A stretch of 64,000 nt of DNA from Eledone cirrhosa (GCA_964016885.1 OZ024740.1:179490001-179554000); one strand, 5' to 3'; positions 13,881 to 26,251 are shown, numbered from the stretch's first letter. Notes: a model not told the origin generated them from the sequence alone. Numbers and translations: made by a program.

Positions 13881-14063
13881 TAATTGTTTCTACTTTAGGC
13901 ACAAGGCCAGCAATTACCCAGTGCATTACTGGTACTTTATTTTATCGACCCCGTAAGGATGAAAGGGAAAGTCAACCTCGGCGGGATTTGAACTCAGATC
14001 GTAAAGGGACGTAACTATGCTGGAAAGCATGGCGTCCGACCCTCTACCGATACTGCCAATCCA
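13881..14063 (-). mobile_element. Meta-type SINE
   Basis: Near-identical reverse complement of 7262-7443. Confidence 0.92.
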
Positions 14064-15231
14064 ATCATAATACACTATAATCAGATATTGGAGGGAGGCA
14101 GTTGTTTCCTGTATATTTTCTTTAATTTCGTTAATTTCGTTAATTATGTTAAAAGTATTTGAAAATTCCTTAATATATTAGCATACACGACAATATTTCT
14201 GCCGATGAGAGTGGTCATATTTACGTCTATGTTTTGGAAAACTAGTGTGTAGCAAAATCTTTAATTAAATATGAGTTTAGAAGTATATTAATCACTGTAA
14301 AATTTATTGAAAAATTTCATTTAATTATCGATAACTATCGCTATAGAAAAAGATATAACATTGATATTGCTGGAAGCAACTCAATTAGTTTATGACGGTT
14401 AAACGAAAGCTTTCGTAACTTTGGCTTTCATGCACATATAATGTTCAACTGATTATGTCTCTTGCATTGCTAGAATTCCTGAAAATGAAAACACAATAAA
14501 TGATGTTAGTTTTATCTATGTACTTTGAAAATTACCTACCGTTCTAATTATTCTAAAATTTATTTACGAAATCTTCAAGTAAATAGTACTTTCCATTTAA
14601 TGTTTATTGACAAATTGTTTACTAGAATACCAAATAACGTGTAAAGTACGTTTACATTTTGAATATTTTCCCACACTAGATCGTATATTTGTAACACATA
14701 TACGGAAAGTATAATTTAATTACTACTTGATATAACACAAATATTTTTTCCTTATATCATATTCCAAACACCTGATATTTAAACATTAATAAGCCTTATA
14801 CACACATATATCGACTTATGCATACACTTAAATTAGATGTATATTAAATGAAAAAGGATTTGTGTATGCCAGGACGCGACGCATATTGAAGATTTTTGAG
14901 TAATTATAACATTATTGTAAATAAATATATCATTTATAAATCAGAAGCTCCGTCCGTGAAAGTCTGAAGTGTAAACCCTTTCAACTATTCCAATATACAT
15001 AGGAAACCTATGTATATGTTCATGCAACATTTCAGGGATAACAGCAGATATGGTTCTGTGTATGTAGGAATGCATTTCAATGTATGTCACATAATTATAT
15101 AGAAACTAGTTAAAACGTTCAATCAAATTTACATTACATCGTACAACGTATTGCTAAATCATCACATTTTACAGTATTGTGTATGCAATTAAATAATTAA
15201 TATTTATTTTGCCAAGATGTAACGTATTATT

Positions 15232-16260
15232 GCGTTCCTAGGGTCCTGCCGTGGGAGGTTCTGCAGGAGTATGGGATCAATGGTTAGCTTAATGCAACCC
15301 TGATGTCTCTATATGAATGCGCAAGTATTTGCGTTCGGATGAATAGTACTAAATCGACGACATCCAATCTGGGAGTCAACCTCCACCAGGGTTGAGTACT
15401 GTCACCTCTCCTGTTCATTATTTTCATGAACTGGATTGACATGGAAGCGGTATCAAAACATGTAGGTGTAAAATCAGTCGGGTGGAACTTGCAGAGGACA
15501 TGGTGTTAGTTAACTCAACAGAAGATCTCCGGCTTACACTTGATATGTTTGATGCCGAGTGCTGCATGGCTGGAATGAAAGTCAATGCTGCAAAAGCTGT
15601 GACACCCGTCCTCACAAGGAAGCCTGCGCAGTCCACTCTACATGTAAATGGACTTCCACTGAAGCAATTTGAAAAGTTCGAGTATCTCGGGACCGAGTAT
15701 CACGGGTGATGGAAGGCAGGAGGCTGAATTAAAGTCAAGAATTGCAGGAGCTGGTGTAGTAATGCGCCAGCTTCATCATGCAGAAATCAGAAGAAAGGAG
15801 GTGGGTGTAAAACCAAACGCTATATGCAATTCAATATTCGCGCCAGCACTTTAACTGTGGTCATGAATCTTGGGTAATGACCAAAGTAATACGATCGCGA
15901 AAACACTCGCCGAAATGGGGTTCCTCCGAATGGTCTTTAGAGTAACATTACTCGATAGATTGCGTAGATCGCAGATCTGAGAGTCACTCCAAGGGGAGCC
16001 CCTACTTCTCTGAATTGAACGATCACAGCTCCGATAATATGGGAATGTGGTTAGAATGTCTCAGGAAAAAATCGTTGGACAGATTGTACGGCCAAAACCA
16101 AGCGGCAGGTCACCTAGGCGTCGATCCATGAGAAAGATGGATGGATAAAATTCCATGAGATTTGCTGGTTTCTCTTGGGTATACAGCCTGATCAGTTGGA
16201 TACGGTCGACTCTGACAGGACCCACATAAAGGAGTGTTCGAAATTCTGCCTTCATCTCAG
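15232..16260 (+). mobile_element. 5'-truncated RTE-clade LINE (RT and C-terminus, degraded)
   Basis: WEVLQEYGI, GVNLHQG*VLSPLLFII, LAEDMVL, EKFEYLG, GHESWVMT, LR*YGNVVRM. Followed by (GAA)n(CAA)n. Confidence 0.8.
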
Positions 16261-16354
16261 GAAGAAGACGAAGAAGAAGAAGAAGAAGAAGAAGAAGAAG
16301 AAGAAGAAGAAGAAGAAGAAGAAGAAGAAGAAGAAGAAGAAGAAGAAGAAGAAG

Positions 16355-16385
<31 letters not shown>

Positions 16386-16396
16386 CCAACAACAAC
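16260..16396. repeat. (GAA)n-(CAA)n microsatellite
   Basis: Direct reading. Confidence 0.98.
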
Positions 16397-16924
16397 GTAT
16401 ATTGAAAGGTCTTTCAGCTAATTTTAATGTGGACAAAACTATGATTTTAAGATTATAAACGTTAGATGTAAAAAGAAAATGGAGCGTGAAGTGTAACCAG
16501 TTTCCAATATGCAGAATAGCTAGCAATTAACAGGCTAATAGGAACAATACATAGGGACAATACAATGAAAACATAACAACAGCCCATAAATGGCAAACAT
16601 TATTGTAAGCAACGGAAGTGAAAGTGAGTAGCATAAAATAAGTGCATGAGTGAATGTGTTAAGAACTAAACAAACACAACATAGGTAATTAACTGGCGGC
16701 TTTTTGAATATTTTTCTGTAAATTCCGACCTGAGTTCGTTGTTTAAATGCAGGCATGATCTTGTAACTTCTAAGGGAGTCGTAGGTACACCGTATTGACA
16801 TAGAGTGATTTCAAGGCATTTAAAACCACGCACGTCCCATCCCCTCTCCAGGTCTGAACACAGCAGATTTCATCCAGAGAAGGCTAGATAGAGAGAGAAT
16901 GGGAATGAGAAAACGATATCGAGT

Positions 16925-17060
16925 AACAATCAGCTCCAATACTTGACTGGTACTTTTTTATGCACTTTGAATGGATGAAATTCAAAGGTGACCTCGGCGA
17001 GATTTGAATTCAGTGTACGGAACATTCTGTCCGATATTCTAACAACTCTATCATTTCGAC
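16925..17060 (-). mobile_element. Diverged Meta-type SINE
   Basis: CTGGTACTTTTTTAT...GGATGAAA...GACCTCGGCGAGATTTGAATTCAG. Confidence 0.7.
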
Positions 17061-17463
17061 CTTAGTTTGTTGTTTGCTACAACATTTTCTCTGGACAGAA
17101 GACTTTCGAATTTGTACATGTTTTGTCTCAGATGTATTTTCCGCATGTATCTTCTTATGCTGTGATTTGACAGTCTTCCCTGCAGCTTCCCAAGTAACTA
17201 ATCCATTCCTATTTATTGTATATCATGGAAAATATAGCGATGTCAACATGCGTTTTTCAACGTCGTAATATTGTCCATCGGGAAACTACTGACTTCGGAG
17301 AACTTGGATTTTTACCCCTACGTCCTTCTTCATTCCAGTCTTTGTTCCTCTTCCCTGAACGTTATATATATACATACATACACACAAACACGCACGCACA
17401 CCCTCACATGTATATCTATATCTATCTATCTCTCTATATATATATAAATATATTTATATATAC

Positions 17464-17528
<65 letters not shown>

Positions 17529-17541
17529 TATTTATATATAC

Positions 17542-17596
<55 letters not shown>

Positions 17597-17636
17597 AATA
17601 TATATATATATATACATACACATACATACACACACG

Positions 17637-17713
<77 letters not shown>

Positions 17714-17721
<8 letters not shown>

Positions 17722-17903
17722 TAAATGGAAGCTATCTTTATAAAACCAAATTTACTTTATTAATAAAATAAAATAAATATGGTTTTATAAAGATAGCTTC
17801 CATTTATTAATATTATACCTCAGAAGAAAATTGTTGAGTGCTTCTAATCGGTTATGAATAAAATTTGTTGAATAATCAACAAATTAAATAACCCATTGCT
17901 TAT
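17714..17903 (+). mobile_element. Element-2-related pLTR tail with inverted 5' segment
   Basis: 17714-17750 is the inverse of 17778-17815, followed by TTGTTGAGTGCTT and the AATTTGTTGA/TCAACAAATT hairpin seen in the element-2 pLTR. Confidence 0.7.
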
Positions 17904-18126
17904 ATATGTATATATATATATACGTATATATGTATATATATGTATATATGTATATATGTATATGTGTATGTATATATATACATATACATATATACAAACA
18001 CGCACATATATATATTTATATATATATATGTGCATATATATATATACATAAAAAAAATATATATATATAAGCAAATCAATGAATGAAGGAGTTACAAGGC
18101 GTTAAACTCTTACGATACTTATACTC

Positions 18127-18192
<66 letters not shown>

Positions 18193-18715
18193 ATATATAT
18201 ATATATATAAACATATATATACATATATCGAGAGCTTTTTCGTTCTGTGTGGTTTTTGTAAATTTTTGCAATAACTACACATGCTGAATTCACTGGCCAA
18301 AATAGGGGTTTCCTCCCCTTAGAATCTCACATGTGCTTTCACAACCTGGGAGATTCCGGCGAAAGAAGTACAAAAACCTGTTAAGAAAGAGATGCCTTGT
18401 TCGATCATTATACCAAAACCTTATATTTATAAGAAGACAATATTATTGATTTCGGTGTTGTATTCCATCTTCCCCGAGGGTCCGGATAACTATTTCAATC
18501 ATATCTCATATTGTTTGACCCGTTTAGCTTGTTCGCCTTTTTGGGGTATGGTGGCTATGGCTTCTTAACCATAGTCTCAGCGTGTATGACCATTTTAACT
18601 TATGTTTATAGCTCTGCTATCCTCATCATATGCAGGAGCGCTTGTCTGCACAATATTGAAGTTGTGTTTCGCTAATTTCTACCCGCCGAAATGCGATCCT
18701 CGCTAAATTTGTATT

Positions 18716-18758
<43 letters not shown>

Positions 18759-18886
18759 ATTATTGGTTGTGTCAAACGGTCCAATGAAATGTGTGTTAGC
18801 AATATTAAGTTCTCCACGCTTTTTGTATATCTCCAATTCCATTTATGGGAACAGCTAGATGATGTAAAACGGAGTATTTGTATTAA

Positions 18887-19232
18887 AATAAAGATCCGAA
18901 GGCATGGTATAAATTTCCAATCATTTTAATCACGACACATGTTTCAATAAGAGATAGATCGTTCGTGTAGCCATGATCGATTATCACTGAACTCGTCAGG
19001 TGAAAATGAATTTTCTCAAATCTATGATATGAGGCTGAAAATTAACGGTGTTCATTCACATGAGGGACTAAACTCTGTAAATGAACACCGTTAATTTTCT
19101 TATTCGTATCAAGTATTTTTCATCTGACGAGATCAGTGATAATCGATCATGGCTACACGATCGATCTATCTCTTATTGAAACATGTGTCGTGATTAAAAT
19201 GATTGGAAATTTATACCATGCCTTCGGATCTT

Positions 19233-19236
<4 letters not shown>
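18887..19236. repeat. 350-bp fold-back with a hammerhead in each arm
   Basis: The arms are reverse complements. Plus arm: CTGACGA 19124, long stem II, GAAA 19178, ACATGT palindromic stem III, GUC site at 19189. Mirror copy on the minus strand at about 18930-19005. Confidence 0.88.
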
Positions 19237-19307
<71 letters not shown>

Positions 19308-19316
19308 AAAAAAAGT

Positions 19317-19383
19317 AAGTCCTTCATCAGTGACCCTCCAACCGTCCCAGGCATTTCATCGCTTTAAGGGCCATATGCCTCAG
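19317..19383 (-). ncRNA. Permuted hammerhead, copy
   Basis: Reverse complement of 20548-20614. Confidence 0.8.
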
Positions 19384-20037
19384 GATGGTGCGAACAACGG
19401 CTAAAAAAAGTCGTTGGGACACGTAAATAAAGGAGACGTTAGGGTAACAAACAAAATGGTTTAAACAACGGAAAGTGAGAAGAAATAGACAAGTCCCAGA
19501 TCTCTATGAATATAAACTCGGTGAAATCGTGAACAAGAGACAAAAGACCATCAAACCTGGTTGAAATGTGAGCAAGGAAGGAATTTCGCACAGGTCTAAC
19601 GAGGGGGGGGGGGGGTGAAGAAGAAGAAGAAGAAGAAGAAGAAGAAGAAGAAGAAGAAGAAGAAGAAGAAGAAGGGGTCTGGTCTACGAATTCGGTAAAC
19701 ATAGGTTTTGTGAAGTCGCAGACGAAAGAGAGAGAGAGAAAAAAATTCCATATCAGCTTGACCAAGACCGCGCGAGAAAAGAATTACACACAGGTCAAAC
19801 TTGAAGGAGGAGGAGGAAAGAGGAGGAGGAGAGGTAGTGACAGAGAATGAGTGAGTGAAAGTTGAGGAGGAGGCTAACAGAGAGAGAGACTGCTAGAAAG
19901 GGTAAAAGGTACAAAGAACGAGAAAGGGTAAAAGGTACAAAGAACGAAACAGACGGGTGGCAGCAGAAGAAAAATTATGTGTAAATATGATAATAATGAT
20001 GGCTGCGCGTTGCAAATGGTGGTGCATATGAAAATGT

Positions 20038-20104
20038 AAGTCCTTCATCAGTGACCCTCCAACCGTCCCAGGCATTTCATCGCTTTAAGGGCCATATGCC
20101 TCAG
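20038..20104 (-). ncRNA. Permuted hammerhead, copy
   Basis: Reverse complement of 20548-20614. Confidence 0.8.
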
Positions 20105-20547
20105 GTTCGTGCGAACAACGGCTAAAAAAAGTCGTTGGGACACGTAAATAAACGGGACGTTAGGGTAACAAACAAAATGGTTTAAGCAACGGAAAGTGAG
20201 AAGAAATAGACAAGTCCCAGATCTCTATGAATATAAACTCGGTGAAATCGTGAACAAGAGACAAAAGACCATCAAACCTGGTTGAAATGTGAGCAAGGAA
20301 GGAATTTCGCACAGATCTAACGGGGGGGAGGAGAAAAAGTAGAAGAAGAAGAAGAAGAAGAAGAAGGTGAAGAAGAAGAAGAAGAAGAAGAAGAAGAAGA
20401 AGAAGAAGAAGAAGAAGAAGAAGAATGAGATCTGGGACTTGTCTATTTCTTCTCACTTTCTGTTGCTTAAACCATTTTGTTTGTTACCCTAACGTCCCCT
20501 TTATTTACGTGTCCCAACGACTTTTTTTAGCCGTTGTTCGCACCAAC

Positions 20548-20614
20548 CTGAGGCATATGGCCCTTAAAGCGATGAAATGCCTGGGACGGTTGGAGGGTCA
20601 CTGATGAAGGACTT
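20548..20614 (+). ncRNA. Hammerhead ribozyme with non-circularly permuted strand order
   Basis: AGGCAT-A^-TGGCCCTT-AAAGCGA-T-GAAA-TGCCT-GGGACGGTTG-GAGGGTCA-CTGATGA-A. Stem III 6 bp, stem I 8 bp, full core, A10.1-U11.1. Confidence 0.8.
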
Positions 20615-21280
20615 ACTTTTTCATATGCACCACCATTTGCAACGCGCAGCCATCATTATTATCATATTTACACATAATTTTTCTTCTGCTGCCACCCGTC
20701 TGTTTCGTTCTTTGTACCTTTTACTCTTTCTCGTTCTTTGTACCTTTTACCCTTTCTAGCAGTCTCTCTCTCTCTGTTAGCTTCCTCCTCAACTTTCACT
20801 CACTCATTCTCTGTCACTACCTCTCCTCCTCCTCTTTCCTCCTCCTCCTTCAAGTTTGACCTGTGTGTAGTTCTTTTCTCGCGCGGTCTTGGTCAAGCTG
20901 GTATGGAATTTTTTTCTCTCTCTCTCTTTCGTCTGCGACTTCACAAAACTTATGTTTACCGAATTCGTAGACCAGACCCCTTCTTCTTCTTCTTCTTCTT
21001 CTTCTTCTTCTTCTTCTTCTTCTTCTTCTTCTTCTTCTTCTTCTTCTTCACCCCCCCCCCCCCGTTAGACCTGTGCGAAATTCCTTCCTTGCTCACATTT
21101 CAACCAGGTTTGATGGTCTTTTGTCTCTTGTTCACGATTTCACCGAGTTTATATTCATAGAGATCTGGGACTTGTCTATTTCTTCTCACTTTCCGTTGCT
21201 TAAACCATTTTGTTTGTTACCCTAACGTCCCCTTTATTTACGTGTCCCAACGACTTTTTTTAGCCGTTGTTCGCACCAAC

Positions 21281-21347
21281 CTGAGGCATATGGCCCTTAA
21301 AGCGATGAAATGCCTGGGACGGTTGGAGGGTCACTGATGAAGGACTT
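21281..21347 (+). ncRNA. Permuted hammerhead, copy
   Basis: Identical to 20548-20614. Predicted cleavage after 21290. Confidence 0.8.
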
Positions 21348-21460
21348 ACTTTTTCATATGCACCACCATTTGCAACGCGCAGCCATCATTATTATCATAT
21401 ATATATATATATATATATATATAACTTATAAGAAGAAAGCAAGAACGCTGAGGAGTTTTC

Positions 21461-21521
21461 CTCATCAGTTGTCTACTGGGGGGTTCGGATATTTCTTCGC
21501 TTTAAGACAAGATATTTACCG
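21461..21521 (-). ncRNA. Second-family permuted hammerhead
   Basis: Minus strand: CGG-TAA-ATAT-C^-TTGTCT-TAAAGCGAA-GAAA-TAT-CCG-AACCCCCCAGT-AGACAA-CTGATGA-G. Confidence 0.7.
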
Positions 21522-22074
21522 CACAGAGTTTTCAATAACTGGGTAAATTATTAGGAAAACGGAGGAAGGAGGGTAGGAAAATAGAAAGGAAAAGGGAGAA
21601 AATAGAAAACAGAAAAAAAAACACAGCGAAAGAAAACAACAAACCGACCAATGTGCGAGAAATATGCGAGCAATTTAAGGTAACAAAATCCAAGACCACA
21701 GCGACAAGAGAACTTAAGTTCAAGAGCGTGTGGGCGAGAGAAAAGATACACGTCTGACCCCTGCGAGTTGTAAGTGAGAAAAGGACTACTAGAGGGTCAA
21801 GGCGGTGGAAACAATGAGGTGGCTGGCAGAGAGAGGATGAGTGAAGGTGAGAGGAAGAAAGGGAGAGGAAGAAAATGGGGTAAGAGTAGATAGTAACGAA
21901 ATAGTAGGTAGAAGGAGAGAGAAGACTGTTCACAGCGAAACATGATAAAATATATATAGAACAGGATTGGCTGTGTAGTTGCTAGTTAAGGTAGCTTAAA
22001 ATGGAGTGAGAATATGAAGAAATCAAGAATGGTGGGGCGGGGGGGGGGGGGGGTCATATATATATATATATAAA

Positions 22075-22310
22075 TAACCTAAGATTTATATGGTTCGTTG
22101 ATTACTCAATGAAGACAATTTTACAATAGATTAAAAGCACTCAACAAGAAAAAGTTTTCCTGGAGTTTTTATATTATTCAAAATATTAACAAATGAAAGA
22201 TATTCACAGAATCAAAATATATGCTTTATTATATATATTTCAAAGGTACTGTGTTTTTTCTTTTTCAGTACATCTTCATCAGATAAAATATATCTTCATC
22301 AGATATAAAT
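22075..22310 (-). mobile_element. Solo pLTR related to element 2, with type I HHR at 22222-22290
   Basis: TATTTTAT-CTGATGA-AGATGTACTG...CAGTACCTTT-GAAA-TATATA-TA^-ATAAAG, then CTCCAGGAAAA...TTGTTGAGTGCTT. Confidence 0.75.
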
Positions 22311-22329
22311 ATATATATATACACGAATA

Positions 22330-23510
22330 CGCATGTCGGCTTAAAAGTGTGTTAGGCTGATCAAGATAATCTCATGTAATGTGACCAAATTGAGATATTT
22401 TTCCATATAGTTCTTCTGGTTCACACATTCCTTCCGTCGGCATTGCAGTGCTTAGATTCCATTGATGGAAAGGCTTTATTCCTGATGTGTAAACGTGAAC
22501 AACAGCAGATATGACGTCATCATCACTGCGATACTTGTTCTCAGGCAAATATTTTTTCATGTTGGGCAACATGGTAGTCAGGAGAATAGGGAGGGTGATC
22601 AACCAGCTCAAAGCCACTGTCATCCACTGCAGGTGTTGAAACATCGTGCTGGTGCATTGTCCTGATGAAGCAAGATACCTTTCGTCAGTTTTCCTGGGCA
22701 TTTGTTCTTGATAGCCTTTCGTAAGTCACAGCATCCCGAAAAACTGAGGCCATCACCTTCCCTGCAGCCGAAACGACATTAGCTTTCTTTGGAGCAGGTG
22801 ACGAGAGATGTTTCCATTGCATGGATTGTCACTTTGTCCCTGGCTCAAAGTGATGAACCCATCACTCATCCTGGCTTAGGAAACGTTCAAGCAAACCAGC
22901 TTGATCTGCCTCAAACAACGTCAGATTTTCCTGTGATGTGATCAGCCTGGTGCACCTTTGATCAGTTGTCATGCGACGTGGCACACACAGAATATTAATC
23001 TTTATCATGCCACGTTCACATAACAGAATATTCTCAACTTACCCACGAGATATGGTAATAGCATTAACTATTTGTTTTACAGTCAATCACATGTCATCTG
23101 TCACATTGTGAGGAACACGATCAATGTTTTTCTCGTTGTGGCAGTTGCAGGAATTCGAAGCTTAAGTCACCTTCAAGACTCCCTCTTCCCCTCCTAAATT
23201 TAGCTGCCCAATTTTGTACTGTTGATAAAGCTGGAGCATTATACACTAATGTAGCAACCATGTCAAAACGAATGTCCTTATGGACTAAATCCTATTTCTG
23301 CCTTTACTTGAGAGAAACACGATGCCAAATGTTGTTTATCTTCAAGAGAAGTCACTACTTTTGAGTCTTCGTTGATCAGTTAGATGTCAGTTTACCTGAA
23401 GAAGAAATGCAGTTATAAATAAGAACAGTTGAAATTAATGCATTCAAGATTTTACAGCTCTAGCATCAATCCATCATAATCAGCCTATGAACGTTTTCGA
23501 ATATCGAATA
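22330..23510 (-). mobile_element. Degraded mariner DNA transposon
   Basis: Transposase motifs WVHHFEP, QSMQWKH, AGKVMASVF, LLHQDNAP, GFELVDHPPYSPD, PNMKK...SDDDVISAV. Imperfect TIRs containing TAGGCTGAT (about 22353) and ATCAGCCTA (about 23479). Confidence 0.88.
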
Positions 23511-23559
23511 TATATACGTATATATATATAAATATATAAATATATATATATATATAAAT

Positions 23560-23712
23560 ATATAAATATATAACGAAGTAAGTGTGGTAAGGAACCTGGT
23601 GGACCATAATGTACAAGAGTACTCGATACTTTGGGTTGTAGAGTGGGTAATAGGAAAATAGTCAGGACCCCGACGGCAGAGCTCAAGCCGTTTCGACGGC
23701 TTTTCTGGACCC
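23560..23712 (-). mobile_element. PLE-like terminus with partial hammerhead
   Basis: GTC-GAAA-CGGC...GCCG-TC (stem III plus GUC); no intact CTGANGA upstream. GAGTACTC at 23617. Confidence 0.45.
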
Positions 23713-24438
23713 TATATATGTAAATATATATATAAATACTTCGAAGTGACTGCGCGGGATCCCGAGAACAAATTACAGAAATCAGTTTTAATAGTAATGT
23801 CACTGATACAGGCACACACTAATATTTTTGAGAAGAAAATTCTGTAAATTCTGTGATGGGTATTTATTACCGTAGGTGACCAGTTTCTCTACGACTGTGT
23901 ATATAAACATTACAATAATCTTACGTGCCTCCTTAGTGTATTGTTGATTAAGCATCGTGCATATGTATTCCTTTTTACAATTTGGATTGTCTAATTCTAA
24001 AACATAACATATTCCGGATTGATTCTTTGAAACTAAAGGTTGATTACGTAATGAAAACATATGAATCCTATAGTCTAGACATACAGAATTTGAAAACGTT
24101 AAATTAGTAATTCTCGAATAAGTAATTCTGAGAAACGTACTAAGTATTTCACTGATAAATCAGTCATTGTTACAGAAACTGATCTATAATAGAAATGAAG
24201 TAGATATGTCGCCACTTTCTCTTGACAACGTCAAGCTAATGAAAGACAGCTGGCGATATATATCTATTAAATTAAGAAATTAATTTTCGTCGGGTTAGAG
24301 ATAGTTACAGATTTCAAACTATTAAGAATGACATATTTAAGAACATAATATATATTGAAAACAAGATTATAATATACGATGTTAAACAAAGCCTATGTCG
24401 CACTCGATAGTAAATTATGTATATACATATATATATAC

Positions 24439-24738
<300 letters not shown>

Positions 24739-25139
24739 CAAGGGATGTTGTCTGGGTGATTGGTAGTTACCACAATTCCGGTTTGTACATATTTTCTTAA
24801 TTTTTTCTTAAATTGAGACAAGCGAACCCAATTGTCTATAATTAGTATTATTTTCATCTTAGCGAATCAGGTCCCTTACGATTTGAACACATATATCTAT
24901 ATATCTGTGTTCGTTTTTCTTTTATATTCTATTATAATATACGGCTCAGAAATATCTCTTTCTTAGAGCTATTTTGTTGTCAGAGACTATTTTGAGTTCC
25001 TAACTCAATATATAACTTTAATATATATACCTTGAATATATATATATATATATATATATACGTACATATATAAGAAATAGGATTTCGCTTCAAGCTTAGC
25101 TTTATACAAATATGTATACAAATTTCGTATTTCTAAAGA

Positions 25140-25560
25140 AACACGCTTTTAGGAAGGCGTAGCTATGCAAACACCGGGGCTGACGCCCTGGGGGGTGTCC
25201 AGCACAAGCAAGGGAGACAACCGTCTATACATTTCAGGCTTGATAAGCCTTCTTTAGGACGGTCCCACCCACCGCTTGCGACTGGAAACATATTTTCATT
25301 AACATTGAAAGGAGTCTGATGAGCCGCAGATTTCAGAGACGGGTCAGATCGATACTGATAGAACCTTGAGCTGATCAGTGGCGAAACGCGCGTCACCATT
25401 CAACAAACGTAATGAAGGAGTGATCAATTGTCCTTTTTATCTTATTTCACTATAATACACTCTGTCTAGCTCTACACCTCGAAATTGAAGTGAAACTAAA
25501 CATCGAGTGCTCACCCGGGTAAACCTACAGTAACTCCAAATTACACTCCCTGGATCTACA
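25140..25560 (+). mobile_element. PLE 3' end; tail repeated inverted at 26155-26235
   Basis: Carries an HHR and TCGAGTGCTC; ends in (TA)n. Confidence 0.7.
25305..25403 (+). ncRNA. Type I hammerhead ribozyme
   Basis: CTGATGA 25316, stem II GCCGC/GTGGC with a long insert, GAAA 25383, self-complementary ACGCGCGT stem III, GUC cleavage at 25394. Confidence 0.88.
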
Positions 25561-25607
25561 GTATATATATATATATATTTATATATATTTATATATATAT
25601 ATATATA

Positions 25608-25743
25608 TTAAAATAACAGATTAGCGTTTAAGCAACATTCGCTGCTTTAACCCTTAACGGGATCTTCTGAAAGTGAAAAAAATCCAATGATTCTTTTTTG
25701 TTTCAGAAGATCCCGTTAAGCCTGAAAGCATCGATTCTTTGCT
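25608..25743. repeat. Mini fold-back of two element-1 termini
   Basis: CTTAACGGGATCTTCTGAAA (minus copy) and TTTCAGAAGATCCCGTTAAG (plus copy). Confidence 0.75.
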
Positions 25744-25768
25744 ATCTCTTATCTAAATACATATTTGC

Positions 25769-25876
<108 letters not shown>

Positions 25877-26251
25877 ACATACATATATATATGTATATAT
25901 ATATATATATATATTTCGTTTCTGAATTTGTTTAGCAAGATTCTTTATCTGAAATCGTGTGTTGAAACCGATATTGTTATACTTTGGGAGGGTCATGTTG
26001 CCAATAAGAAACACACAACCATAAATTTATAAATTTATAAATTTATTATAAATTATTATAATAAATTGAAGTGAAAGCAACTGGTGCGTGTGTTTCTTAT
26101 TGGCAACATGACCCTCCCAAAGTATAACAATATATATATATATATATATATATATCCAGGGAGTGTAACTTAGAGTTACTGTAGGTTCACCCGGGTGAGC
26201 ACACGATGTTTAGGTTAACTTCAGTTTCGAGGTGTATATATATATATATAT

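Larger units (their letters stand above)
19310..21400. mobile_element. Non-coding ~720-735-bp unit in tandem and inverted array (retrozyme-like / non-autonomous PLE-like)
   Basis: Minus-oriented units 19310-20425 (period 721) and plus-oriented units 20427-21400 (period 733). Internal (TTC)n; both outer ends abut (TA)n. Confidence 0.85.

Noticed and set aside
16175-16526. PolyE/polyQ/polyK ORFs
   Set aside because: (GAA)n(CAA)n tail of a LINE.
20543-20607. SECIS, twister or pistol interpretation of the structured motif
   Set aside because: No SECIS helix II/core geometry, no twister UAA loop and no pistol P1/P3 arrangement. The hammerhead assignment explains every conserved base.
19893-21546. 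Repeated short ORF MPGTVGGSLMKD...
   Set aside because: It recurs only because the unit is repeated, overlaps the ribozyme and has no protein-like features.
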